Part shown: positions 1-9,308 of the stretch, piece by piece
Layout: each line of letters starts with the position of its first letter
Position numbering within the stretch: the stretch's first letter is position 1
NCBI GenBank assembly: GCA_027622665.1
Contig: JAQBYT010000015.1
Location: 13,327 to 77,326, forward strand
Length of the DNA stretch: 64,000 nucleotides
Reading direction: 5' to 3'
Source: Verrucomicrobiota bacterium
GTDB lineage: Bacteria > Verrucomicrobiota > Verrucomicrobiia > Opitutales > Seribacteraceae
Made by a program: the position numbers and the translations under genes
The notes under the pieces: generated by a model
Database searches by the model: none
The model's input: the letters and a program-made list of their open reading frames with translations, nothing else
What the model was told of the DNA's origin: nothing

Positions 1-3000
1 AAATCCACGGCCAACAAAGTGCGATCTTCACTAAGCGAAAGGGTTTCTCGAGAAGTCACGCGAACGTCAGGTTCAACCGCTACGATGCCTAGACTCAACT
101 TGGCCGAGGGCTGGGCATAACGGTAAGCTCGGCGCGGAGAAGGAAAACCGGAAACATCGGCGAAAGCCGCAAGGCGATTGAACGGGAAGTCTTCAAGATT
201 AACATTGGCCATTCCCTCGACGACGGAAGTATCAACTTGAGCCTCGTTTCCGGTAGCTACTGCGACCATGCCGACCTTTCCTGCCGCACCCTTCAGCGAA
301 AGCGGTCCCACCACGCGTTCATATGGGAAAGGAGCTGCCGAGAGCTGAGAGCGGATAAGAAGATCGAAAGGTTCGGACATGGGGGGATCGAAACGGACGC
401 GCAACATAGAGGCGTCGGGATCGAAACGCCAACTCTCGAGCCCCTCGATATGTTTTACGTCGGTTATGGTGAGATTCGGAGGCGTGATGAATTCCAGTTC
501 GGCCGCCCTACCCCGGGCGGGCCGAATACGGGCCTCATGCACACCTTCGACTATGCCTGCCGCAGGAAGAAAAAGATGAGCGAATTCGGCATAAAGCAAG
601 GCTTCTTCGCTCCGCAGATCACGCGAGCGAGGTTGCCAGCGGAGAATGGGTGAGTCACTAGGGGCAAGATGAAGACGAGCCGAGGTGGCATTGCCCTCGG
701 ATCGATCGACGATCACGGTAACGGCTTGCGGTGATTCCACCAACAAGTCGGGCCGGTCCACACGCAAATCGACTGCATTGATGAATCCCGCAAGCTCGGG
801 CAAGGCGAGCGTGGCGAAACCATCTTGTCGTCCTACTACAGACTCAAACGAATAATTGATACGATAACCTTTTTGGGGAATCGTGGCGGAAGAATGAGAT
901 TTCCGAGAAAGTGAAAACCTTGAATTACGGCCAAATAAACTAAACCTTCCCCGACCGCTCCTAAATGATGAGGATTTCTTCGGAGAGAGAACATAGCTTA
1001 CCCGACCGTCGGCGGCCAACAGCTGAACCAACTTTGGGCCATCAGGAACCACTTGAAGCGAGGTGAGCACGGCGGGTCCATGGAGCAGAGCCAGCGATTC
1101 GTTCGCCTTGGGTATCCATTCTACAACGCTTTTGACCTTGGCTCGGTCTTTTTCCACTGCAATGGAATAAACGACCGATTGAGTGGAAACCGGGACTGGC
1201 TTGATCGGGGCTTCTTTTCCTTTGGTAGTCTCGAGTTCCGAAGTCGGCTCAGGAACCTTAACCGGCTGCGGAACCGCATCTGCTTCGTTCGAAGCGAAAA
1301 AGAAAAAAACAAAAGCTAGACTGGCCGTTACAGCGCTCCCGGTCCCTCTTTCTTCCTTCTTTCCTTCAGGCTGAGGGGGAATTCTTGGCAAACTCAAGAA
1401 AATCAAGGCAGCCGGCAGGATTCCGTGGAACACGAGACAGGTACCCAGAACCGAGCAAAACGAGCCAGCGGGAACATGCGAGACAAGGCATGTCCAGAAA
1501 ACGCCCGTCCAAACAAGCGAGGTCTTTAACGCGAACAATCGAACACGGTCACCACGCAACTTGAACATCAGCATCCACCCCGCAAGGAGCAAGGCCCCGA
1601 AAGCAGGGAACCACGCGGCAGCTGCGATTTCATCCCCTGAGTCTTCCACTGAAATATTTTCGATGGCGAAACTGGGAAAAGCACCGTCATCGCGAGGCGG
1701 AAGAACGTAAGTGAGGCCGGGATCGGGAATCAGTTCCGGATTGTGCTCGAAGCCAACCTTCGTGACAGGGAGCAATAGAAGCAAACCCAACGAAAAGGAG
1801 AAGGCCGCAAATACGCCAAGCCAAAGGGTACGCAGTTCACCCCGTCTGCAATCGGTAGCACGAGCTCGCCGAACTGCCCAGCTGCCGACCACCACGCAGA
1901 GCGGGGCAAGAACGATGCAAAGCAGAGACTTTATCCCGAATTCTCCCAGCAAAAGGGAAGACAGCCATGCGAAACCTCCGGGAGAAAGTCCAGCTTCCTC
2001 TTTTTCGGCATTGCCCGACAAATCGACTAAGATCCTCCCGCGTTCAGGTTCCACCCGCCACTTCGCCAACAACGAGGAAGCAGACTTCACCGCGGGCGCT
2101 CGCAAAAGGAAACTTTCGGCATCTTTGGTCTTCTCCGCTAACTTAATTTCTACGGTGGCGATTTGGTTCGGATCGGAAGATTGAGGCAACGGCACTAGAG
2201 TCTCGGTTCCCTTGGCGACGGGAGTAACCTTGCGATCATTCACCCGAACCGACCACAGATCGGCACCCTCGGGAAGCTCTACTCGAAAGTGAGCCATACC
2301 TTTGCTCTTAACTAGATAACGGGCATCCGTCAGGATCTCACCCTTGGCCGAAACTCGCGTGAGCAAAGTGGTGTAGTCCGCCACTTGGCGCACGGATTCT
2401 ACATGATCGAAAGGACGCAACATCAAGTTGACCTCCAAGGGACGACCCGAGTAACGAAATGCAGAAACAAGTGGAGCATCATAAAGCAGGCGAAAGTCGG
2501 CAGGTACCTCGGTAGGTTCCAGTTCAAGGAGATGGGGCGATAGGATTTCCCCCTCAGCTCCCTTTTCCCGGGTATAGTGATGACTGGCGGCTATAACGTA
2601 ACCGTGCTCGACCTTCGCATCCACCGGCCGGGCTCCCGCCAGGGAAAGCAGACCTCCGGAAGGCTCAAAGCGAAGATCGTAGGTCACAAGCAGGGTGAAG
2701 GCTCCGGACTGAGGAGAATGCAAACGGCATCTATGGCCAGCGGGAGTCTTTTCCCAGGAACGAACGTCCTTTCCGATAAACTCTACGTTCGCGTAACCGG
2801 CCGGAGTCGCGACTTCCAACTCGGTGACGGGTGCACCGGTGATAAAATAATGAAATACAGAACTCCCATAGGCTACGCCCTCGCCGATCGAGAAAACTTG
2901 GAGGGCATCAACCCGAAGAGAACGCTCGATACGCTCGTGAGTCAGTTCCATATTCCAGTCCTCACCCTTGATTCGGAAGGCAAGCTGAAGGTCTTCCTCC

Positions 3001-4517
3001 TTTTTCGGGAAGAATGCCGTAGCCATCTCAACTAAACCTCCGAAGTCCGCCACTTTCACGCGAACCCCGGGAGATACGCTAACGCCGACCTGCCCACGAA
3101 GAGACTTCACCTTTTCCGGTACGATGCGAGGTGGGGACCATGGACCTTGGGCAACGCCTGCATTGCTTTCCAGTTCCAATTTCGCCACCGCTCGGCCTAA
3201 CACGGGTTTCGAGAAAACCAGACGCAAACGAGCGTTTTTTTCGTCTACAGGCGTAATGAAATAGTCGGCAAGATCGGAGACCTGCAATCCGGCGGGGGAA
3301 AACCCCGCAGGGATCAATAGTGAAAATTCCCGTAGTGGAGCCTCCCGAACGTCCAGTTCCAGTTCGGCCCGGATGGAAAGGTCGTTTTCACCAAGATGAT
3401 AGAGGAGCATCTGAGAAACACCAACCACGGGCAATACGTCGCCGGCCATAGCCCGAAGGACAAAATTCTCGCCGGAATGGCGAAAGGCAAAGGAACGCTC
3501 ACCGGCGGGCCGAGAATCACTCAGTTCACCGGCTTGAGGAAACAACTCGGGGGAAACTCGGGATAGACCAGTAGTTTCGAGTATTTCGAGATGGACGGCT
3601 CCATCGTTGGCAAGGCGCAAGTAACCATTGTGCCGGATGGCTCGGGAGGGTGAAATGCGAAGCGGTTCCACCTCCAGAGGAAACGACCCGAGGGCTTGAC
3701 GAGTGTTAACCCGCAAAAGGTACTCGCCCTGCTGCGGTTGACTGAGGCGAACCACGAGACGGCGGTCAACGCCATCCGGGATTGCCTCGACTTGCCAGGA
3801 CAGAAGGTCTTTCCCGTCGACCCGAACAACCTCCCCCTCACCAACTAGTCGAAATTCGAGACTATCAAGATCACCCTGAAGAACTTCCGCTCTAAGCAAG
3901 TGACTTTGGCGGAGAAGTCCGGGACTTACGGACAATTCCGCTATGCTGGAAGAGGCATAAAACAATTTGCCCGAAGACTCTTCGGAAGCAACTTTCCACC
4001 GCATCGAAAGTTCGGGGTTTGCCGAAAGGACACAGGAATACGAACCTTGACTCAAGGTGGGACGGGTAGCAAACGACACCTCCAGTTTCACTTCATCGGG
4101 TAAGCCCACGACGTTCAGTCGGCGTAAAGGCGTGGAAGCTAGCCATAGTTCCACGCTTCTCAAGTCATCGTCCTCTTCCACTTTGGCCCGAAATTCGAGC
4201 TCCACTGGATATTTTCCCGCTTTTTCGAAAATGAGAACGTAGTTTTCGCCGCTACGCTCGATTCGATAGGAGCGCTCTTCTTGAAGTTCAACCAATGCAA
4301 TTTTACCTTTGCAGAGCAGAATACTCGCTCCCCCCTTAGGTTTTACTTCCGCCATTGTAGTGAGCCGAAAACTCATGCCTGCCTCGTCAGCCTGACCAGC
4401 AAGAACGAAATCATACAGTTTTACATCCTCAACGCTCTCTCCTAATAACGCACAAGAAAGCATAATTGCGCATAATATAGAATATATCCCAAAAAAAACG
4501 GATCGCATTGTATTCAT
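1..4517 (-). CDS. Very large secreted/polytopic membrane protein of unknown family (>1,505 aa; 3' end lies beyond position 1)
   Basis: Absent from the ORF track because no stop codon falls inside the window. Manual translation from the ATG at 4517 (MNTMRSVFFGIYSILCAIMLSCALLGESVEDVKLYDFVLAGQ...) reads to position 1 with no stop that I could see. The track shows only short off-frame ORFs over 1-4500. N-terminal signal peptide. Hydrophobic helices around nt 1385-1990 (FAWLSSLLLGEFGIKSLLCIVLAPLCVVVGSWAV, LWLGVFAAFSFSLGLLLLLPV, AAWFPAFGALLLAGWMLMF, LVWTGVFWTCLV..., LGTCLVFHGILPAALIFLSL). Confidence 0.75.
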   Translation of the reverse strand, partial: MNTMRSVFFGIYSILCAIMLSCALLGESVEDVKLYDFVLAGQADEAGMSFRLTTMAEVKPKGGASILLCKGKIALVELQEERSYRIERSGENYVLIFEKAGKYPVELEFRAKVEEDDDLRSVELWLASTPLRRLNVVGLPDEVKLEVSFATRPTLSQGSYSCVLSANPELSMRWKVASEESSGKLFYASSSIAELSVSPGLLRQSHLLRAEVLQGDLDSLEFRLVGEGEVVRVDGKDLLSWQVEAIPDGVDRRLVVRLSQPQQGEYLLRVNTRQALGSFPLEVEPLRISPSRAIRHNGYLRLANDGAVHLEILETTGLSRVSPELFPQAGELSDSRPAGERSFAFRHSGENFVLRAMAGDVLPVVGVSQMLLYHLGENDLSIRAELELDVREAPLREFSLLIPAGFSPAGLQVSDLADYFITPVDEKNARLRLVFSKPVLGRAVAKLELESNAGVAQGPWSPPRIVPEKVKSLRGQVGVSVSPGVRVKVADFGGLVEMATAFFPKKEEDLQLAFRIKGEDWNMELTHERIERSLRVDALQVFSIGEGVAYGSSVFHYFITGAPVTELEVATPAGYANVEFIGKDVRSWEKTPAGHRCRLHSPQSGAFTLLVTYDLRFEPSGGLLSLAGARPVDAKVEHGYVIAASHHYTREKGAEGEILSPHLLELEPTEVPADFRLLYDAPLVSAFRYSGRPLEVNLMLRPFDHVESVRQVADYTTLLTRVSAKGEILTDARYLVKSKGMAHFRVELPEGADLWSVRVNDRKVTPVAKGTETLVPLPQSSDPNQIATVEIKLAEKTKDAESFLLRAPAVKSASSLLAKWRVEPERGRILVDLSGNAEKEEAGLSPGGFAWLSSLLLGEFGIKSLLCIVLAPLCVVVGSWAVRRARATDCRRGELRTLWLGVFAAFSFSLGLLLLLPVTKVGFEHNPELIPDPGLTYVLPPRDDGAFPSFAIENISVEDSGDEIAAAAWFPAFGALLLAGWMLMFKLRGDRVRLFALKTSLVWTGVFWTCLVSHVPAGSFCSVLGTCLVFHGILPAALIFLSLPRIPPQPEGKKEERGTGSAVTASLAFVFFFFASNEADAVPQPVKVPEPTSELETTKGKEAPIKPVPVSTQSVVYSIAVEKDRAKVKSVVEWIPKANESLALLHGPAVLTSLQVVPDGPKLVQLLAADGRVSYVLSPKKSSSFRSGRGRFSLFGRNSRFSLSRKSHSSATIPQKGYRINYSFESVVGRQDGFATLALPELAGFINAVDLRVDRPDLLVESPQAVTVIVDRSEGNATSARLHLAPSDSPILRWQPRSRDLRSEEALLYAEFAHLFLPAAGIVEGVHEARIRPARGRAAELEFITPPNLTITDVKHIEGLESWRFDPDASMLRVRFDPPMSEPFDLLIRSQLSAAPFPYERVVGPLSLKGAAGKVGMVAVATGNEAQVDTSVVEGMANVNLEDFPFNRLAAFADVSGFPSPRRAYRYAQPSAKLSLGIVAVEPDVRVTSRETLSLSEDRTLLAVD

Positions 4518-4703
4518 GATTGGTTGCCGGTTAACTTTTAATTGCCGCCTGAATGGACGGCTTGACATTGTAGTGCTTTTCTCTTCGTGAAGCAGAACAA
4601 GGAAAAGGAGGGAAAGAAGATTCGACACCGACAAGTTCGTCCTTGAGAAAGCATTTGTTATTCAATTCCATGTTTTCTTCAATTGAGAAAGCGAGGGACA
4701 TTT

Positions 4704-7700
4704 TCAGCGGGAGATTGAGCGAGCTTGCCCAATCATTTTGCTCAAGCGATCGACGGGAGCCTCCGCGGGGAATTCGTTGCGCAGGACACGCAAGTCGGCT
4801 TCGGCTTCTTCGGATTCGAAACCGGCTCCATAGGGGCTTTCGGAGAGCCATTCGGCAAAAGAAGCGGCGTGGACGGCGAGCCGCATAGCTGAACTTGAGT
4901 CGGCGAACGCGACGACCTCGCGACGATACGCGAGCGGCCATTCACGCTCCTTGTAGGCTCCCGTCTCAGGTTCCTTGTAGCGGATGCGGAAAACTCCGAG
5001 ATCACCCTTGCCCCGTGGATTCACCTTTACCACGTATAAGGCGTTACCTGCCTCGGCGGCGGCAATTTCTGCGGCATCGATCGAATTGTCACGAAAGTAC
5101 TCCTTCTTGAGTTGATGCTTCTCGAAGCCGACTTGACGATAAAGCTCCACTCGCTCCGGATTGAATTCGATTTGCACCTTCAGGTCGGCAGCGGCAGGTC
5201 GAAGCGCCCCGGCAAGCTTGCGACTGAACATCTCGTCCACTGAGGACAGATCGTTAAGAAAGGCATAGCGTCCATCACCGTTACGAGAGAGCGTCTCCAA
5301 CATATGGTCTTCGTAGCCATCCCAGCCAATGCCGAAACAGTCGAGGGCGATGCCGCGACGGCGTTGGTCTTCGACCTTCCCCTTGAGGGAAAGTGGAGCA
5401 AGCTCACCAAGGTTAGCCGCTCCATCGGTAAGGAGAATAACTCGGTTGCCGCCCTTGGGCAGATATCGCTTGCGGGCGGTGGCGTAAGCGAGGTCGAGAG
5501 CTTCCTCGATATTCGTACCTCCCTCGGGAACAAGTTCACCCAGCTTTCGTACTGCATCGGCGAGCTTGTCGCCAGGCAGATTATCGATGCGAAGGCGGGC
5601 TCGACGGGCGAAACTGACGAGGCTTACACGATCACGATTCGTCAACTGCTTGGACAGACCAAGGAGGGATTTGTGAATGAGGGCTACCCTGTCGGCGCGT
5701 TCCATGGATCCCGAGTTATCGAGAAGAAGCACGAGATTAAGAGGTTTCGCCTGCTTGCGACCGGTAGCGGCGGCCTTGACGGAAAACCTCAGGACTTCGC
5801 GATCGTGGGCAAAGGGATGCCTAGCGCGTTCCCAACGGAAGGCGAGACGTTGACCCTCGGCGGGAAGCGGATCGCGGTAGTCGAAAGCATTCACGAACTC
5901 TTCGCTGCGGATAGTCGCCTTGGCGGGCCATTGTCCTTTCTTTAATGCGGCTTCTGCCAGACGCAAGGAAACATCGCTGACGTTCAGTGAGAAGGTGGAA
6001 TAAGGCTGATCGACGGAGCGGAACTCGGGTTTCGGTTCGGTGGCAACGGCGGGCGGGACGGCGCTTATGTCTACAGGTTTTGGAGAATCCCGCTCGCTGT
6101 TTTTTGGTTGGCTCTCTTCATCGGATTCACCTTCTCGGGATGCTCCTTCCTTGAACTCAATTTTCTCCTCAGCCGTTTTCGCATCATCGTATTTGGCCGT
6201 TGAATCATTCAGTCGTTTGACCTTGTCGCCACTCTTCTTCTCGGTCGAATATTCAATTGAATCCAGTGCCTCGTTTTCTGCGATGGATAAGCCATCTTTG
6301 GCAAACGAGTTTAACTTTTGGCCTGTTTGATCGAGACCGGATGGCCGACGACCGGCACTAATCTCTTTTCCTTTTCCACTCTTCTCACTTTCTTTTTGAG
6401 ATTCCAACAAGCGCAAGGATTCGTTTAGAGCGACTTGGCCTTGATCCACTATGGGCGAAGCAGGTTTGGCGGGAGTTGACGGCAATTCGAACGCTGCCGA
6501 AGCACCGGAAAAGGGAAAAGGCTGGGAAGGGGTGAACTCAGGCGTTGGTTTCGACGAGATGATTGGCGCCGGAGCCGTTGCCAGTGGCGTCTTAGATTTG
6601 GAGATGGAGGATACTGATCCATCAACAGTCAAAGCCAGACCGGAGCCATTCGATATACGCGCCGCAACACCAAATACGGGCAAGTCGCTAGGCTCATTCA
6701 AGTCCACGACACCCCCTGAATTCAGGTTTTTGCGCAACAAATCACGGCCACTCCGTGAATTCTCTTCACCATCGCGCTTGCGTTGGTCAGAGAGTAACCT
6801 CTCTTTGTCTTCGTCAGCCAGTTTGTGGGAATTCAAACCATTTCGATCCTTGCCCTTGCCGCCAAGGCCAAAGTCGGCGAAGGCTAGCAAGTTCTTCTTG
6901 GCTCCTTTTTCGCCTGCGACAGCTCCGGGGGCAGCGCCAAGCTCATCGTGAACGGATGGAAAGTAGCGAGAGTGATCCTTGCCGGCAATAATTCGTCCAC
7001 CGCCTCCGCCGACACCACCAGATCGTCTCGGTCTAGCGGTTGCGAGACTTCCCTCCTTGCTCGGAGAGAGTTTGCCGTCTCGCTTCCCCGGAGAAACAAG
7101 ATCCGAAGCATGGCCACGGCGAATTGCCGAATAATCCTCCTCTCGTTTGTATTCATCGACAGTAGCATGACCTGTAGGCCCTGAAGACGGCACAGGTGCC
7201 TTCTTCGTAAAATCCAAGATAGCGGTACGCGTTAAGCTCTCCCTTTCCTCACGAAGATCATCGTCGTCTGCAGAAACGGCCAACCTTTCTCCAGTTGGGT
7301 TTGTCCGGAAGTGAGCTTGATTAAGTGGTTTGGCAGCCGATTCGTAAGAGAAGCCTCCGACGAATCCGGGATCGGCGGACACGACCGAGGGCTCGGAAGC
7401 GGCTCTCTTGCCGCTGGTCTCGGTCTTGAATTTGGTAACGGTGTTGGGATCGGCGGATCGTTGAGGCACTAGTAATCCGGCTCCTGCAGCGGACACTCCC
7501 CCGGAGGCAGAAGCAGTCTGCTTGTCAATGACGTCGGCTTCCAAAAACGAATAAATTGTACCTACGGGTAGATTGCTTGTTGAGCCAAGATTGGGTTCCT
7601 TGTCGCCCAGTTCAAGATCCGAGGTGGGCGACGGCGTCTTCCCCTTTTCATTGCCAAAGGCAACTTGTGAAGGATGTAAGCCTCCACCCACCAGATCCAA

Positions 7701-8567
7701 GTCTTTTAGGCCATGTTCTTTGGCTTGAAGATTCGACATCGGATTCTTGGCAGGGGGTAATTCTTCTATAGTGGCAACACCCGCAACGGTGACAGTATCG
7801 GATATGGTGGTAGTGTTGAACCCTTCCGAAAGCTCTCCGTTAAGCTCATCGATTTTCGTGACTAGGCGTCTATCCAAGATTGCATTGGAATCTCTGGACA
7901 CTTTCAGGTCGAGAGCTTGACTCACCTCGGCATCAAACTTACCCGAGGGAATCTGATTGATATCGTTGGGCGCATCTTCCTCATCTTGCCCCACAAGTTC
8001 CTGCATGCTCTCGCCTCGATAGATAAAGGCAGATGCACTAGTGGACGTAGGGACGGAATTTCTATCCGAGGTCGACTCGAAGGCATCCTGAGTGGCCAAA
8101 GCCATATTCTCTTCGTGCTTCGTCTGTTCATTTAAGGAGCTAACGATCACTCCCATAGCTCCAACCGTAACGACGGCAGCCGCGGCCATGGGAAGGAAGC
8201 GACTAAGTTTACCGCGAGGACTCTCTACAGGTTCGGTGACGCATTCGAAGTGGATTGTTTTTTCCGATTCTTCCGTTTCGTGATCCGTGCCATCATCGGT
8301 CCACAGTTTTTCCAGCACCTGACGCCTCTGAGGGGCTAGTCGGAAGGTATCCGAATCAAGATCGGCCTTGGCTCTGGCGGACTCAGCGACAAGGTCTAGG
8401 GTTTGTTCGAGTCGATCGCGGTAAGCCCGCAGGTCGGCGTCGTGAGCGAGGAGATCCTCGATGGATTTCGCCTCCTCGGCATTGAGTTCATCCAAAAGCA
8501 AGGCCAGTACGCGTTCTTCGCACACCTCTTGATCACTTCTGGTATTCTGATTTTCTTCGTTGTTCAT
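4704..8567 (-). CDS. Anti-sigma factor with one TM helix, a long low-complexity extracytoplasmic linker and a C-terminal YfbK-type von Willebrand factor A domain
   Basis: 1287-aa ORF. N-terminus is anti-sigma-like (LALLLDELNAEEAKSIEDLLAHDADLRAYRDRLEQ). TM segment FLPMAAAAVVTVGAMGVIVSSL. vWA-N motif YSTFSLNVSDVSLRLAEAAL...IRSEEFVNAFDY. MIDAS motif LLLDNSGSM, plus GGTNIEEAL and ILLTDGAANLG. Start overlaps the sigma gene stop (ATGA). Confidence 0.85.
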   Translation of the reverse strand: MNNEENQNTRSDQEVCEERVLALLLDELNAEEAKSIEDLLAHDADLRAYRDRLEQTLDLVAESARAKADLDSDTFRLAPQRRQVLEKLWTDDGTDHETEESEKTIHFECVTEPVESPRGKLSRFLPMAAAAVVTVGAMGVIVSSLNEQTKHEENMALATQDAFESTSDRNSVPTSTSASAFIYRGESMQELVGQDEEDAPNDINQIPSGKFDAEVSQALDLKVSRDSNAILDRRLVTKIDELNGELSEGFNTTTISDTVTVAGVATIEELPPAKNPMSNLQAKEHGLKDLDLVGGGLHPSQVAFGNEKGKTPSPTSDLELGDKEPNLGSTSNLPVGTIYSFLEADVIDKQTASASGGVSAAGAGLLVPQRSADPNTVTKFKTETSGKRAASEPSVVSADPGFVGGFSYESAAKPLNQAHFRTNPTGERLAVSADDDDLREERESLTRTAILDFTKKAPVPSSGPTGHATVDEYKREEDYSAIRRGHASDLVSPGKRDGKLSPSKEGSLATARPRRSGGVGGGGGRIIAGKDHSRYFPSVHDELGAAPGAVAGEKGAKKNLLAFADFGLGGKGKDRNGLNSHKLADEDKERLLSDQRKRDGEENSRSGRDLLRKNLNSGGVVDLNEPSDLPVFGVAARISNGSGLALTVDGSVSSISKSKTPLATAPAPIISSKPTPEFTPSQPFPFSGASAAFELPSTPAKPASPIVDQGQVALNESLRLLESQKESEKSGKGKEISAGRRPSGLDQTGQKLNSFAKDGLSIAENEALDSIEYSTEKKSGDKVKRLNDSTAKYDDAKTAEEKIEFKEGASREGESDEESQPKNSERDSPKPVDISAVPPAVATEPKPEFRSVDQPYSTFSLNVSDVSLRLAEAALKKGQWPAKATIRSEEFVNAFDYRDPLPAEGQRLAFRWERARHPFAHDREVLRFSVKAAATGRKQAKPLNLVLLLDNSGSMERADRVALIHKSLLGLSKQLTNRDRVSLVSFARRARLRIDNLPGDKLADAVRKLGELVPEGGTNIEEALDLAYATARKRYLPKGGNRVILLTDGAANLGELAPLSLKGKVEDQRRRGIALDCFGIGWDGYEDHMLETLSRNGDGRYAFLNDLSSVDEMFSRKLAGALRPAAADLKVQIEFNPERVELYRQVGFEKHQLKKEYFRDNSIDAAEIAAAEAGNALYVVKVNPRGKGDLGVFRIRYKEPETGAYKEREWPLAYRREVVAFADSSSAMRLAVHAASFAEWLSESPYGAGFESEEAEADLRVLRNEFPAEAPVDRLSKMIGQARSISR

Positions 8568-9142
8568 ACTAGTGCTCCTTCTCGTTCCATTTCCCCTGCC
8601 AAAAGTTTGATTGCGTGATGCAATTTGTAGCCAACGTTACCGATGGACATGCCTGTGGTGGTAGCCATCTCCTTATAAGAAAGCCCTTCCACAAATTTCA
8701 TTTCGAGCAAAATTCGCATGTCTTCGGCGAGGCGATCCAAGCAAAGCATTGCCAAACCTACCGACTCCAAGCGCTCGGCACGATCGTCGGGCAAGGGTTG
8801 CTCGTCAATTTGTTCCATCGAAGGCGAATCGTCTTCGCCGACTATCGGGCTAAAGGGAACAACCTTTCCGTGTTTGCGTTTGTAACTAAAGGCCAAGTTT
8901 CGCGAGGTACGATAGAGCCAAGCGCTAGGTTGCCGAACTTCGTCGAAATGCTGATGCAGGCGCAGAAAGCTTTCCTGCACAATGTCTTGGGCTTCGTCTC
9001 GGTCGTTCATCAGATGGTATACGTAGGCAAGCAACGGTCCTTCCATAGACGCAAAGATCTCCTCAAGCGTGAGGGAACTCTCGTCCGCCTCGCCCTTTTC
9101 TTTGGTCATGTCTTCTGACATTTTGAGGGAGAAAACTTCCAT
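8564..9142 (-). CDS. ECF-type RNA polymerase sigma-70 family factor
   Basis: 192 aa. Region 2 (DRDEAQDIVQESFLRL, AWLYRTSRNLAFSYKRK) and region 4 helix-turn-helix (LSYKEMATTTGMSIGNVGYKLHHAIKLL). The true start may be the internal Met at 9121. Confidence 0.9.
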   Translation of the reverse strand: MEVFSLKMSEDMTKEKGEADESSLTLEEIFASMEGPLLAYVYHLMNDRDEAQDIVQESFLRLHQHFDEVRQPSAWLYRTSRNLAFSYKRKHGKVVPFSPIVGEDDSPSMEQIDEQPLPDDRAERLESVGLAMLCLDRLAEDMRILLEMKFVEGLSYKEMATTTGMSIGNVGYKLHHAIKLLAGEMEREGALV

Positions 9143-9308
9143 TTGCGTCTATTGAAGATATCGTCGTTCACATTCTAAGACGCACCAAGTCACGACTTCT
9201 TGGAAAAAAAGTACTTATTATCAAAACACAGCAAGGTCGACGGGAAAAAAGAATGTCCAAAGGGATTTCAACTTGCGAACAGTTCAAGCTTCCAAAGAAT
9301 GCGTAGTG

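Noticed and set aside
4489-4517. A homopolymer A-run (4491-4498) near the 5' end of the giant ORF. I first thought it split the signal peptide from the mature protein by a frameshift or phase variation.
   Set aside because: On recounting, the run is 8 nt, and the ATG at 4517 and the downstream ATG at 4463 are in the same frame (MNTMRSVFFGIYSILCAIMLSCALLG...). No frameshift is needed.
9144-9171. An ECF-type autoregulatory promoter (TGAAC-N16-GACGC) upstream of the sigma gene.
   Set aside because: It abuts the annotated ATG at 9142, leaving no room for a leader unless the true start is 9121. The -10 part is not a clean CGTC. This is too speculative to call.
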